A stretch of DNA of 44,329 bases, taken from positions 7,817,676 through 7,862,004 of the forward strand of contig NC_057756.1 of assembly GCF_004010195.1 (NCBI RefSeq), in the 5' to 3' direction. Source of the DNA: Chiloscyllium plagiosum (Eukaryota). The notes beneath the pieces are model-generated. The model saw nothing but the letters and a program-made list of their open reading frames with translations, was not told the DNA's origin and did not search any database. The position numbers and the translations under genes are program-made. This document shows, one piece after another, positions 23,922 through 36,552 of the stretch (position 1 is the first letter of the stretch; each line of letters begins with the position of its first letter).

Positions 23922-26900
23922 CTGCAATAAAAATGGAAATGAGCAGAACAATAATCAGAGTGATCAATGTTAGCATTATTCACCTGAATAGAAATTTTAC
24001 CCCCAATAGATCCATTAATAGTAAGGTCCTAGGACATGTTGCTGAACAAAGAGACTTTGGAGTGCAGGTTCATAGCTCCCTGAAAGTAGAGTCGCAGGTA
24101 GATAGGATAGTGAAGAAGGCGTTTGGTATGCTCTCCTTTATTGGTCAGAGTGCTGAGTTTCGTAGTTGGGAGGTCATGCTGCAGCTGTCCAGGACCATTG
24201 ATTAGGCCACTGTTGGAATATTGCATACAATTTTGGTCTCCTTCCTATCAGAAGGATGGTGTGAAATTTGAAAGGGTTCAGAAAATTGTACAAGGATGTT
24301 GCCAAAGTTGGAGGATTTGAGCAGCAGGGAAAGGCTGAACAGGCTGGTGCTATTTTCCCTGGTGCTGAGGGGTGATCTTACAGATGTTTATAAAATCATG
24401 GATAGGACAAATAGACTAGGTCTTTTTTGCTGGGGTGGGACAGCCCATAACTAGAGGTCATAGGTTTAGGGTGAGAGGGGAAAGATGTAAAAGGGACCTA
24501 AGGTGCAACTTTTTCACGCTGAGCGTGGTGCGTGTATGGAATGATCTACCAGAGGAAGTGGTGGAGGCTGCTACAATTACAATATTTAAAAGGCATCTGG
24601 ATGGGTACATGAATAGAAAGAGTTTAGAGGCATATGGGCCAAGTGCTGGAAAATGGGATTAATTTAGGATTCCTGGTCAGCATGGATGAGTTGGACTGAA
24701 GGGTCTGTTTCTGTGCTGTACATCTCTATAACTCTATGACTCAAATTATCTGAACAGAGTCGTGTTTGATTATTGATACTGAACTGTGTGGGATTTGATT
24801 ATTGGCACTGAATAGTGTGAGGTTTGACTATCGATACTGAATGGTGGGAGTTGTGCAGTTTTTGAGTTCAGGGGTTTGGTTGTATAAGTGATTGCAGAGA
24901 CACGACTGGACCAGACATGTCAGTATTGGAACCGGTGGAGGAGGTGTGCCTGTGCATTTGGTGGTATGTTGCTCACCTTGTGACTTCTCAAAGCCCAGTC
25001 AAGCTCACAGCTTTCATAAGTAGGACATTGACATGCACTGACACCATATTTAGCTTCATTTTCTTGTTTCATTTTCTTTCTCTCCTGGATCATAACCTGC
25101 TGTACAGTGTGCTAGGCAAAACATCTTTTCAGTTTGACTCCTGATCTTGTGAGTGGAGCAAACCACTCATGGGTTTTCAGCAGAGTAGCAGTGTGAGAAG
25201 ACGAGCTTCTCATATTGTTCATACTGTTCTTTGGGCCAGCTTCCCCACCCAGAGTATTCTGAATTAGACTGGGCACCGCACAAGGCAGTGGTCCTTTGAT
25301 GAATGTTCACAATGAACAGATGATCGGCGAGCTGTTATCATGCTGGGTAGTTTTGCCTTGTCTCCTTTTAGCAACAATGAACTTCTGTACTACAAAACAA
25401 TCCTTTTATTATCTTAATCATTTTGTTCAGCCTTTAATGTTCTAGTCTCGAGGAACCTCAAGCTTTGCTTAGCTTGTGCAGCCTACCCTCAGAATTTGAT
25501 TAAAAGATGTTCTATACTGCAGAGTTGAGCCTTCTACACAGATCTTAACACTAAGCAAAATTATTTCAAAGGTATCAATCATTGGAGTCTGCTTTATAAA
25601 GTCATCAACATCAATACAGGAAAATGTTGGTTGAGGAATTGAATTCCGACAAGTACTTTACTTACCCTGGACTTGTCAGACTGCTCCCTTGCGGTGTCTG
25701 TTTGGTTTCTTTCTGTGCTTTTCACTCTGTGTATTTAATTAGAAATAGTCACTATGGGTCAGATCGGGGAGTAGGGAAGAGTATGAAGGTACGTTTTCTG
25801 AAATGCAGGACCTTCATCTTTCATTGCTAGTAAATCATTAACTCTTTGTGTCCTGTTTCCTAACCATATTGCAGTGTTAGGTGGGCAATTATTGACATTG
25901 AGATTTACTTCACTGCTCCCTCCAGAGGACAAAGAGGGAACGTCTGCAGGACCAGATGTTACTCCACGCTCTTTGAAACAGTGAGAAACTGAACAAAATG
26001 TGCAAGACAATGAAAACGAGAATGAGATGGAGAGCATCAGTAGATAAAGGAGAGGGAAATGAGAAGGTGAAAATGGAAAGGGATGCATCCACTGATGACA
26101 GAGAGGCTTGCATTTATATAAATGCAAAACGCTGCTGATGCTGGAGATCTGAAATGAAAACAGCAAATACTGGAAAATCTCAGCAGGTCTGGGAGAGTCT
26201 GTGGATAGAGAAACAGAGTTAATTTTGGGAGTTCAATATGGCTCTTCATCTCGTTCAGGTCAGTAGTTGGGACAATCTATGAGTGACTGTCAAAGAAGAG
26301 TTGTATTGGACTGTAAAGGTTAACTCTGTTTCCCTCTCCACAGCTGCAGCCAGACTTGCTGAGTTTCTCCAGTATTCCCGGTCTACAGTTAGATGGCTCC
26401 TTTCACAACCTGAGGAGATCAAAACACATTTTAAAGCCAGATTACTAAACATTGACTGGAAATCAAAGCACTTCAGTATCTCATCAGTATTTTTGAAATG
26501 TGAAAGGTGCTGAGGAGCTGCTGTGAGTTCAAAGGCAGCAAATGAACCTTTTGCACTTACTTTCTCACACACTTGAAGATGAAGAACGCACTCAGTCCAA
26601 CAATCAAAATGATTCCAGCTCCAAGCAATCCTGCTTTCCAAGCACTAAAATTTCGACCTGGAGAAACAGCCAATGAATTTAGATTTTGCATAGTTTTAGT
26701 GGTACAGACTTGATCGGCTGAAGAGCCTTTTTTGTACTCAGAGACTCATGGAATCATACAGTAGAGGACCTTTGGTCGATCATGTTTATACCACTACCCG
26801 CATTTGCTCCACTTTACTGCACGAGGCCTATTCCCTTGAATGCATGAGTTCATCCAAGTATGTTTTGCCTTTCAACTTCAAAACGATAGCCCCTTGATAT

Positions 26901-29900
26901 TGACCCTTCAACTAAGAGGAACAGCTGCCTTCTATACATCCTATCCATACCCCTCTTAAATATAACCTCGATCAGGTTTCCCCCTCAACCTTCCTCGTTC
27001 TAAAGAAAACAAACCAAGCTTAGACAGCCTCTCTTCATCACTGAAATGCTTCATCCCAGGCGACATCCTGGTGAATTGCCTTTGCACCCCCTCCAGTGTA
27101 ATGGCTCTGTATGATTCTATGAATGGCTCCAATACTATTTTTGGATATTGCGTTCAGAAGTGGGTCTCCTCATGCTAACCTGGTGAAGCGATATTTGTCC
27201 ATATGTGTAAGATCTATACAAGGAATGTTTATGAATATAATATTTATAAACTACATTTATATCAGAAAGAATTGTTTTCATGGAGTTGGCAAACTGATGA
27301 GATGATACGAAGGTCTGTATGCAGAATAACAGAAGCAATAGTCCGAGTTAAGCAATCCCACAACCAATGGAACAGAATGAAGCTCTGCAGTGCTGCCACA
27401 TCCAGCCATGAAAGTTGGAGGAAAATCAAACAATAATTGGAGGACAGGACTGCAGAAATATCCCATCCTCAGCGATGGGAGAGCCCAGTTATTCTGTGCA
27501 AAAGACAAGGCATGTGGATGATCCATCTTGGCCACTTCCAGAGGTTCCAAGCATCACAGATTCCAGTCTTCAGCAAATTTGATTTACTCCACACAATGTG
27601 AAGAAATGGCTAAAGACACTGGGTACATTAACAGCTGTGAGCCCTGAGAACAGTCTGGCAATTGTCAATTGTGTGGTGACAAGAGCAGATCAAAGGCTAG
27701 GAATGCTGCGGTGAGGACCTCACCTGCTGACTCCTCAAAATGTGCCCTTTATTCATGAGGCAGGAGTGCGATGGAATCCTCTCCACTTGCCCTGGCTGGG
27801 TGCAGCTCAAACAACAAGAAGCTCAACACCATCCAGGACAAAGCAGCTGTTTGGCTGGCACCACATTCACCCTAACTGACGTTCATTTTCTCAACCACAT
27901 ATGCACAGGTGAGGGCAGTGCACATTACAAAATTCAATATGCATCTCATCAATGTTCCTTCGCCAGCACTGGTCAAACCTATAACCATGGTCACTTGGAA
28001 GAATGCTGCATGGAAACACAAGTTCTTTTTAAGTCACACAAGGTGTTTTCGGAAGTAGGAATTGAAGGTTGGCATTAGTTAAAAAAAACTCCAGCGAGAT
28101 TAATGGGACTGAAAGCTGATCAATGCCTAGGGCCTGATAATCTACAGCCAAGACACTAAAGATGTGGTCATAGAAATGGTGGAGGAGAAATAGGAGATTG
28201 GAAATTGTCAAATGTAACCGTGCTGCTGAACAAAGTAGGGAGTCACAGACTGGTTAGCCTAACATCAGTAATAGGGGAAATGCTGGAGACATTTATATAC
28301 ATACAGAACTGGCTCAAAGGTAGACGGCAAAGGGTGGTGATGGAGGGTTGCTTTTCAGACTGTGACCAGTGGTGTGCCACAAAGATCAGTGCTGGCTCCA
28401 CTGTTTTTAGTCATTTACATAAATAATTTGGATGTGCTTGTGGAGCTATCGTTTGCATTGACACCAAAATTGGAGGTGCACTGGACAACGAAGAAGGTTA
28501 CAACTGGATCTTGATCTTGATCAGATAGGCCAACAGGCCATGGCATGGCAGATGGAGTTTAATTTAGATAAGTGTGAGGTGCCACATTTTGGAAAGGCAA
28601 ATCAGGGCAAGATTTATATAGCTGAAAATGTGTTGCTGGAAAAGTGCAGCAGGTCAGGCAGCATCCAGGGAACAGGAGAATCAACGTTTTGGGCATAAGC
28701 CCTTCTTCAGGAATGAGAAAAGTTTGTCCAGCAGGCTAAGATAAAAGGTAGGGAGGAGGGACTTGGGGGAGGGGCGTCGGAAATGTGATAGGTGGAAAGA
28801 GGTCAAGGTGAGGGTGATAGGTCATTCTGGGGTGGGTGCCTGCTGGACAAACTTTCCTCATTCCTGAAGAAGGGCTTATGCCCGAAACGTCGATTCTCCT
28901 GTTCCCTGGATGCTGCCTGACCTGCTGCGCTTTTCCAGCAACACATTTTCAGCTCTGATCTCCAGCATCTGCAGACCTCACTTTCTCCTCCAAGATTTAT
29001 ATACTTAAGGATAATGTCCTGGGGAGTGTTGCTGAACAAAGAGACCTTGAAGTGCAGGTTCATAGTTCCTTGAAAGTGGAGTTGCAAGTAGATAAGAAAG
29101 TAAAGAAGGCATTTGGCATGCTTGTTTTATTGGTCAGTGCATTGAATATAGGAGTTAGGAGATCATGTTGTGGCTATACAGGACATTGGTTAGGCCACTT
29201 TTACAATACTGCTTGCAATTCTGCTCTCCCTCCTGTCGCAAGGATGTTGTGAAACTTGAAAGGGTTCATCAAAGATTAGCAAGAATGTTGCCAGGGTTGA
29301 AGGGTTTGAACTACAGGGAGAGGCTGAATAGACTCGGGCTATTTTCCCTGGAGCATCAGAGGCTGAGGGTTGACCTTGTAGAGGTTTATAAAATCATGAA
29401 GGGCATGGATAGGGTAAATTGACAAGGTCTTTTCCCCAAGGTTGGGAAAGTCCAAAACTAAAGGGCTTAGATTTAAGGTGAGGGGGAGGATTTAAAAGGA
29501 ATTGAAGGGGCAACCTTTTCACGCAGAGGGTGGTGCGTGTATGGAGTGAGCTGCTGAAGGAAGTGATAGAGGTTTGTACAATTACAACATTTAAAAGGCA
29601 TCTGACTGGTTATATGACTAGAAAGGGTTTAGAGGATACGGTCAAATGCTGTCAAATGCAACTAGATTTATTTAGAATGTCTAGTCAGCACGGTTGAGTT
29701 GGACTGAAGGGTCTGTTTCTGTGATGGATTTCTGAACGACTCTGTGACAAACTGACAACAGGAAATTTAGAAAATAGCAACAGGGTTACACAAACTCAAC
29801 ATATATATATGAATAAGAAACCTGTTGTAGTTTTTAAGGAGCTAACTAGGAGAATAATGAGGGAGAATCAGTGAATTTGAATTTGGATTTTTAGAAAACT

Positions 29901-32900
29901 TTTGATAAAGTTCCAAATAAGAGGCTAGGGTATAAAAATCAAAGTATGTTGGACTGGTGGTAATATGGATTGAGAACTGGTTAGCAGACAGGAAATAGAG
30001 ATTCGGAATAAATCAGTCATTTTCAGAAGAAAGGCAGTGACATACAGGATATCATAGGGAGCAGTGCCTAGGTCCTAGCTATTCACTACATATCAGCAAT
30101 GATTTGGATGAGGGAATTAAATGCAATATTTCCACAACACAATCCATCAACAGTAACTAGTTGGGGTTATGAGGTGGTGAGGAGGATGCAAAGAGCTTTC
30201 AAGATGATTTAGACAAATTGAGTGTGTGAACGAATGTATGACAGATGCAGTAGAATGTGAATACGGGCGAAGTTGTCAACTCCAATCAGAAAAACAGAAT
30301 GGCAGAGTATTACTTAAACAGATGGAAAGGTTAATGTAAAAAGAGACATGGGTGTCCTTGTGCACTGGGCATTGAAAGCAAGCATGCAGGTGCAGCAAGC
30401 AATGGAGAAAGGAAGTGGTCCGGTGGCATACAGTGCAAGAAGATTTGAAAACAGAGCAAAGAAGTCTTACTGCAGCTGCACAGGGCTTTTGTGAGGCCAG
30501 ACCTGGAATATTGTGCACAGTTTTGGTCCCCCTACCTCAGAAAAGATATACCTATAGAGAAGGTTCACAAGACTGGATTTCTGGGATGGCAGGTTTGTTG
30601 TTTGAGTTTTTCGAAGAATGAGAGGGAATCTCGATGACATATATACAAATCTGGCAGGTCTAGATAGACTGGATGCAGGGATGATATTTCCTTTTATCAG
30701 GAATCCAGAACAAGGGGTCACGGATTCAAATTGTGGCTATTTTGGACTGAAACATGAAGAGACTTCTTTGATCAGAGGTGAACCTACAGCAATTGTCTGC
30801 CACAGAAAGCTATGAATCCAAGCCACTGAATATGTTTCAGAAAAAAGTAGATTTCCAAAGGCTAAAGGTGTCATCGTGTATGATGGGAATGGGAGTATGA
30901 GATAGAGGGTCAACCAAAAATATGTTGAACAGCAAAGCAGATTTGATGGGCTGAATTGCTTATTACTCATCTTATTCTCCATGTTTCCACATTATCCTTT
31001 CTTGGAACTATATCACAATTCCTTCAGTGTTGCTGAGTCAAAATCTTGGATCTTGTTTCCAAACATTACAGTATGATAACCCCAACCCTCTGAACCACAG
31101 TCATGTCTAGAAGGTAGCTAAGGGCTAGGTTCTCAAGGAGCAATTAGGGATGGTCAAGAAATGTCAGTGCTACCAGGAATGCACACATCACGTAGACCAA
31201 TAAAAGCTGATAAAGTCTGAGTACACTCACTTTTTACAGAGATGGTTATGGAGTCCTCCACTGTTCCATGTTCATTCTCTGCCACACACTGATAGTCTCC
31301 AGTCTCCCTGTACGTAATGTGAGGAATCTCCAACCACAGCTCATTGCTGGAACGTGTTCTGTTCACTGTGACATTAAGATGTCTCCATATCAGGTTGGAA
31401 GCAGGGGAGCTCTTGACAGAGCAGATTATCACTGCAGAATGCCCTTCAATTACACTGATCGATGAATCTTTAATAACATGAATAGAAGTGATCACAAGAT
31501 TCCGTGGTGTGTCTACAAACAAAGAAAGAATTTGTTGTGAGCTACCAGCGCACAGCAAGACTCCCTGCTCATCTCTCTCTCTGTCTAATGTCATTATGCA
31601 TTAGCAGTAACATTTCTGCAATCTAAGTTTCTGTGTGACATTTCTGGTGGACACTACCTGTCTAAATCATCACGCTGCATTTCACTCTCACCCCAGTGGA
31701 CAAAAGATGAAGAAAGTAAGTAAGGTACACATCCTCAGAATGTCACAGTTGAAGGCGGGGGATGGTTTGAGAGGGGAGGGATTGTGTGTACATGTGTGTG
31801 TGTCCCAGTGACACTGAGGGAAAAGCAATATATTTCCAACTCAAGATGATGAGTGGTTTGGAGTGGAATTTGCAGGAGATTCTCATGTACATGTAGCCCC
31901 TGTTCTGTGTGGTCATAGGTTTTGAAGGTGCTGTCTATGAACCTTCCCAGATTTCTGCAGTGCCTCTTGTCAATAGTACACATCGCTGCTACTGAATATT
32001 CATGGTGGAGGGAGTGAATGCGCCATAGAGTCATATATTATGGAAACAGACTCTTCGCTACAATTCTTCTGTGCCAGCCAGACATCCCAAACTAAACGCG
32101 TCCCATTTGCCAGCTTGTGGCCCATATTCCTCGAAAGCCCTCCGATATATACACCCATCCACATGTCTTTTAAATGCTGTCATTGTACCTGCCTCCACCA
32201 TTTCCTCTGACAACTTGTTTTGTACATGCATCTTCTTTTCCATGAAAAAGTTACCCTTTAGGTCCTTCTCAAATATTTCGTCTCTCACCTTAAGACTATG
32301 CCATTTCAGTTTTGGACTCCCAAATCTTGGGGAAAAGACCTTGGCTATCTGTGCCCCTCATGATTTTATCAGCCTCCGTAAGGTCACTTCTCAGCCTCCA
32401 ATGCTCCAGGGAGAAAAAACCCAGTCCATTCAGCCTCTCCCTATCTTTCAAGCCCCCAATCCTGGCAACATCCCTATAAGTCTTCTCTGTACCTTCTCAA
32501 GTTTAACAACATCCTTCCAATAGAAGGGCCACCAGATTTGTATGCTGTATTCTAAACATGGGTTTGTGGATGTGGTGCCAGTCAGGCAGCTGCTTTGTCC
32601 TGGGCAGATTTTTGAGTGTTATTGAAGTTGCATCCATCCAGGCAAGTGAGGAGTATTCCATCACACTCCTGACTTGTGCCTTGTGAATGGTGGACAGAAT
32701 TTGGGAAAACAGGAGGTGAGTTACTCACACCAGGATTCTTAACCTATGACCTGCTCTTGGAGCCACTATATTTATACGGTTTGTTCAGTTATCTTTCCAA
32801 TCAATGGTAAGCCCCAAGGATGTTGATCGTAGGCGATTCAGCGATGTTGGCACCAGGTAATGTCAAGGGATACTGGTAGATTCTCCCTTTCTGCAGATGG

Positions 32901-35900
32901 TAATTGTATGGCATGAATAGCACTAGACAAATGTCAGACTAAACCTAGATTTTGTCCAAACCCTGTTACATTCACATATGGATTGCTTAAGTATCTGTGC
33001 AACAGACCTTATGATGGAGGGATGGCCATTGATGAACCAGCTGAAGATGGTTGGGCTGAGGACATTTCCTTGAGGAACTCCAGCAGAGATGTCCTGGAGC
33101 TAAGATAACTGACCTCCAACAACCATAACCATCTTCCTCTGTGCCAGGTATGAATCCAACCAATAGCAAGTTTTCTGCTGATTCCTATTAATTCCAGTTT
33201 TGCTCAGGATCCTTGAGCCATATTTAGTCAAGTGTGGGCCTGACATTAAAGGCAACCATCTCAATCTCTGAAATTCCGATGATTTGGTTATGTTTGAGCC
33301 AAGGCTGGATGAAGTGAGGAATACAGTTCCCCTAGTGCACATCAAGACTCCACACTCTTCTGTCTATTTAAGCTGCCATGCTGTATTTACACTGTCCCAT
33401 CAGTGAAAACACTCAACATTGTGGAAGAAAGGAAGTGCCTTTCACTGTCTAAGGTAGTTGCCAAACAATGTGGCAGCCAGTAAAATGTCTTTGATCAATG
33501 GAGTTTTGAGAGATAAATCTACAATTTTCCATAGAGAAGGCTGCTCAATTATTACAGGTCCTTCTAATCTATAACATTTGCATTCCTTCAACACAGATTC
33601 AGAGTGAACACTGACACTGTACTGTACAAATGAGAGGGGGCAGATAATTCACAAGTGGGTGTGTGTCTCTGTGTCTTCATGTATATTTCTGACAGGAATT
33701 TAGAAAGTGTGTACACTCACGATCCACTGTGATGGTTATGGAGCCCTCCACTGATCCATGTTCATTCTCTGCCACGCACTGATAGTCTCCAGTCTCCCTG
33801 TACGTAATGTGAGGAATCTCCAACCACAGCTCATTGCTGGAACTTGTTCTGTTCACTGTGACATTAAGATGTCTCCACGTCAGGTTAGAAGCTGGCAAGC
33901 TCTTGACAGAGCAGATTATCACTGCAGAATTCCCCTCAATTATATTGATTAATGAATCTTTCATCACATTAAGGGATGCAACTGAGAGATTCCGTGGTGG
34001 ATCTAAAACAATTAAAACAAATTCAATTACAATTACTGTGAAGCAGTGAAAAGCAGTGACAATGTGAAAGGAGTGATATCAATGCAGCTTCCTTTATCAG
34101 AAAACAGATCATCTAGACACAAGCTTCAATTCAGCACTGAGGGCGTGCCACTTTGTCAGATGTTCAGTCCTGAGGGAATACCATGCTGTCTGAGGTTCAG
34201 TAATAAGGGAGTGTCACACTTTCAAGATGGTCAGTGTTGAGGGAGTGCTGCACTGTCAGAGGGTCAGTACTGAGGGAGTGCCGCACTGTCAGAGGGTCAG
34301 TACTGAGGGAGTGCTGCTTTGTTGGAGTGTCAGTAATGAGGGAGTACTGCACTGTTGGAGGATTAGTACTAAGGGAGTACTGTCAAAGTGTCAGTAGTGA
34401 GATAGTACTGCAGCATTAGAGGATTAGCTCTGAGGGCTTGCTGTATTGCCAGAGAGTTAGTACTGTGCGAGCTTTGCTCTTTCAGAGGACACTTACATTG
34501 AACTGTCAGTACGAAGGTCTGCTCTGATGAAACAGTTGGATATCTCACTCTGCAGGTGAGAGTTTGTCCCTGGTGTCTGGGTGATGGGATCAGGCTCAGA
34601 ACAGAAGTATAGGTCAGAGTGACACCATTCTGAGTTACAGTGTTTGAGACTGATCCAGGTACGGCAGTGGGAGTGTCCCAGGCTAAGACAGGAGCTGTTC
34701 CATTGCACGTTGTGTTGAAGGTGCACCTTAGGTTCACACGCTTTTCCGCGATAATTTCCACAGGGATTATTATGGGTTTCTCGGTGAAATCTAAGATAGA
34801 GAGAATGCATCATTTTAAATAAATAAAATGGGAATCATCAGTTCAAAAAGAATCAAATTCCCATGAAAGAAAGCACTTTTACAAGCACTCATGATATGAG
34901 ATCAGAGGTTAAAATAATGAAGGAATTCCTTTTAAACAGGATTAGAGATAGAGGCAGTCAGTAACCAGATAGAACTGATACATTTAATCATTCAATATAT
35001 TTAATCATTGATATCGAAGTCTGTATTAGAGGTTCCTTCTGGACAGAATTCTTAGAATCCTGACAGTGTGGAAGCAAGGCATCCTGTCCATCGAGACCAC
35101 ACCAAATCTCCAAAAAGCATCCCACCCAGATCCACATACCAATCCCCGTAACCCTGCATTTCCCATGGCTAATCCAGCCTGCACACCTCTGGACACTATG
35201 GGCAATTTCGCATGGCCAATCCACCTAACCTACATATCTTAGGACTGTGGGAGGAAACTGGAGCACCCATAGGAAACATACACAGTTAGAGAGAATGTGC
35301 AAACTCCACAGACAGTCAACCGAGGCTAGTATTGAACCCGAGTCCCTGGTGTTGTGAGGAAGCAGTGCTAACTGCTGAGCCAAGGTGCTGTCCTGAATTG
35401 AAAGCTACCACCAGTTAATTGATAATACATACAGTGTTTCAATAAGCTGTGCTTTCTGTGGAATGCTGTGGAGGAGAGGCTCGAGTGTTCCATTGATCCA
35501 AGAGTGACACTGTCAGAGTTCTGAACTCCTGTCAGTGTCACCCATGATGGTAAGGTCAGAGAGAAGAAACTAGACAAAGCACAATCCAAAAACCTGTTGT
35601 CAATGGCGAGCCAGGTGGAAGATACCTTTTTTTTATTAGATTACTTACAGCATGGAAACAGGCCCTTTGACCCAACAAGTCCACACCGACAAGCAACCCA
35701 CCCAGACCCATTCCCCTACATTTACCCCTTCACTAACATGATGGGCAATTTAGCATGGCCAATTCACCTAACCTGCACATTTTTGGACTGTGGGAGGAAA
35801 CTGGAGCACCCGGAGGAAACCCACGCAGACACAGGGATAATGTGCAAACTCCACAGACAGTCGCCCAAGGTTGCAATCAAACCCAGGTCCCTGGTCCTGT

Positions 35901-36552
35901 GAGGCAGCAGTGCTAACCACTGTGCCACTGTGCCACCCATACCTGTGTGATATCAACGGCTATGAGACAAATATCAGCTGCAGCGGTAGGGAGATTCATC
36001 ATTAACATTCACCTGCTGATTTCTGATGAATTGCAAAGGCATTCCTACATTGTTCAACACATACCTAACCCAGATTTTCATCAGTGTCCAATCATGCTCA
36101 TTCCCAAGTGATTGCCATGACAGTAATAAACTGTGTCTGTATAATTTCCTACTGAGAGCTGGGTGTACGTTATTGAGTAAATGTAACTCAGCACTTACCA
36201 GAAATGTGAAGGTTGGTTGCAGGAAAGTAGCTGTAACTATTCACATTGTCAAATTCTATTCTCAAGTGATAAGATCCTGCATCTTCCCGTATGATATTGT
36301 TTATAATCAGGGAACAGTCTCCATCTTTCAGGTGTCCAGACAGCCAGGTCCGAGTGCGGAACCGTTGCAACATTTTCTCATGATGCTCGGAATGAAAAGC
36401 TACGGAATCTTTCCCTTGGTACCAGATTCCAATTCGTGTTTGGCTTGCTAGATGTGAAGGATAACTGTAATGACATGGAATCCGAGCACAGGAACCTTCC
36501 TGCGCTGTCACCTGAGGTGGAATGTTGATTTTCCAGTTTTGGGCCAGTCCAG
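23814..36552 (-). CDS. Gene B: Siglec-like receptor V-C2-C2-C2-TM-cytoplasmic tail, spliced, leader exon not found
   Basis: Seven GT..AG-bounded exons in consistent phase (1,1,1,1,2,0); Siglec V-set signature, TM and terminal tyrosine motifs. Confidence 0.9.
24015..24742 (+). mobile_element. CR1 3' fragment
   Basis: QRDFGVQVHSSLK..RPLLEYCIQFWSP..TRGH..WNDLP; tail ctctataactctatgactc. Confidence 0.9.
24977..25111 (-). CDS. Possible additional or alternative gene B cytoplasmic exon (HTVQQVMIQERKKMKQENEAKYGVSACQCPTYESCELDWALRSHK)
   Basis: 135 nt, open in phase 0 to 0. Strong donor AAG|GTGAGC but weak acceptor (ttttgcctag; alternative in-frame AGs nearby). Confidence 0.35.
25666..25726 (-). CDS. 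Gene B cytoplasmic exon (VKSTERNQTDTAREQSDKSR)
   Basis: Acceptor tacacag, donor AGG|GTAAGT; phase 2 to 0, as in gene A. Confidence 0.75.
26561..26657 (-). CDS. Gene B transmembrane exon (SRNFSAWKAGLLGAGIILIVGLSAFFIFKCVRK)
   Basis: Acceptor tggctgtttctccag, donor AA|GTAAGT. It is 97 nt and phase 1 to 2, exactly like the gene A TM exon. Confidence 0.9.
28060..29745 (+). mobile_element. CR1 remnant with Penelope insertion
   Basis: YRTLVRPLLQYCLQFCSP..LERVHQR..; CR1 tail. Confidence 0.88.
28621..28990. mobile_element. Palindromic Penelope-terminus insertion
   Basis: Inverted arms; TSD caagatttatata at 28608-28620 and 28991-29003; core CTGAAGAAGGGCTTATGCCCGAAACGTC at 28864. Confidence 0.85.
29820..30985 (+). 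mobile_element. Old CR1 remnant
   Basis: Decayed RT motifs and RPGILCTVLVP-type C-terminal region. Confidence 0.7.
31231..31512 (-). CDS. Gene B exon: C2-set domain 4, a duplicate of domain 3
   Basis: Same 282-nt length as D3 with a near-identical core; acceptor tttgtttgtag, donor A|GTGAGT. Confidence 0.93.
32025..32560 (-). mobile_element. CR1 3' fragment
   Basis: DLKGNFF..EEMVEAGTMTAFKRHVD. Confidence 0.85.
33721..34002 (-). CDS. Gene B exon: C2-set domain 3 (YPPRNLSV...IICSVKSLPASNLTW...ETGDYQCVAENEHG)
   Basis: Ig motifs; acceptor tgttttag, donor C|GTGAGT. Confidence 0.93.
34130..34450. repeat. Second array of the 33-bp minisatellite, in the gene B D2-D3 intron
   Basis: cactgtcagagggtcagtactgagggagtg units. 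Confidence 0.85.
34497..34790 (-). CDS. Gene B exon: Siglec domain 2 (DFTEKP...LRCTFNTTCNGTAPVLAW...TSVLSLIPSPRHQGQTLTCRV)
   Basis: Extra Cys for the D1-D2 disulfide; TSVL..P...HQGxxLTCxV motif. Acceptor tctatcttag, donor T|GTAAGT. Confidence 0.95.
35060..35392 (-). mobile_element. HE1-type V-SINE
   Basis: As for the other copies. Confidence 0.8.
35635..35937 (-). mobile_element. HE1-type V-SINE
   Basis: As for the other copies; tail gtaagtaatctaa on - strand. Confidence 0.85.
36199..36552 (-). CDS. Gene B exon: Siglec V-set sialic-acid-binding domain
   Basis: QNWKI...QEGSCARIPC...GIWY...GDCSLII...EDAGSYHLRIEF...SYSY, with Siglec Cys placement and F-strand Arg. Acceptor ctctccccag, donor G|GTAAGT. 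Confidence 0.95.

Noticed and set aside
25759-26166. 135-aa minus-strand ORF and a possible mini-exon at about 25909-25970
   Set aside because: Lies between the TM and cytoplasmic exons, which already join in phase; its phase does not fit and it has no motif.
26630-26645. Lys in AWKAG as a DAP12-coupling TM charge
   Set aside because: It precedes the 20-residue hydrophobic span rather than lying within it.
1-36552. Assigning the symbols MAG, CD22 or SIGLEC1
   Set aside because: The family is clear, but one-to-one orthology cannot be established without a phylogeny.
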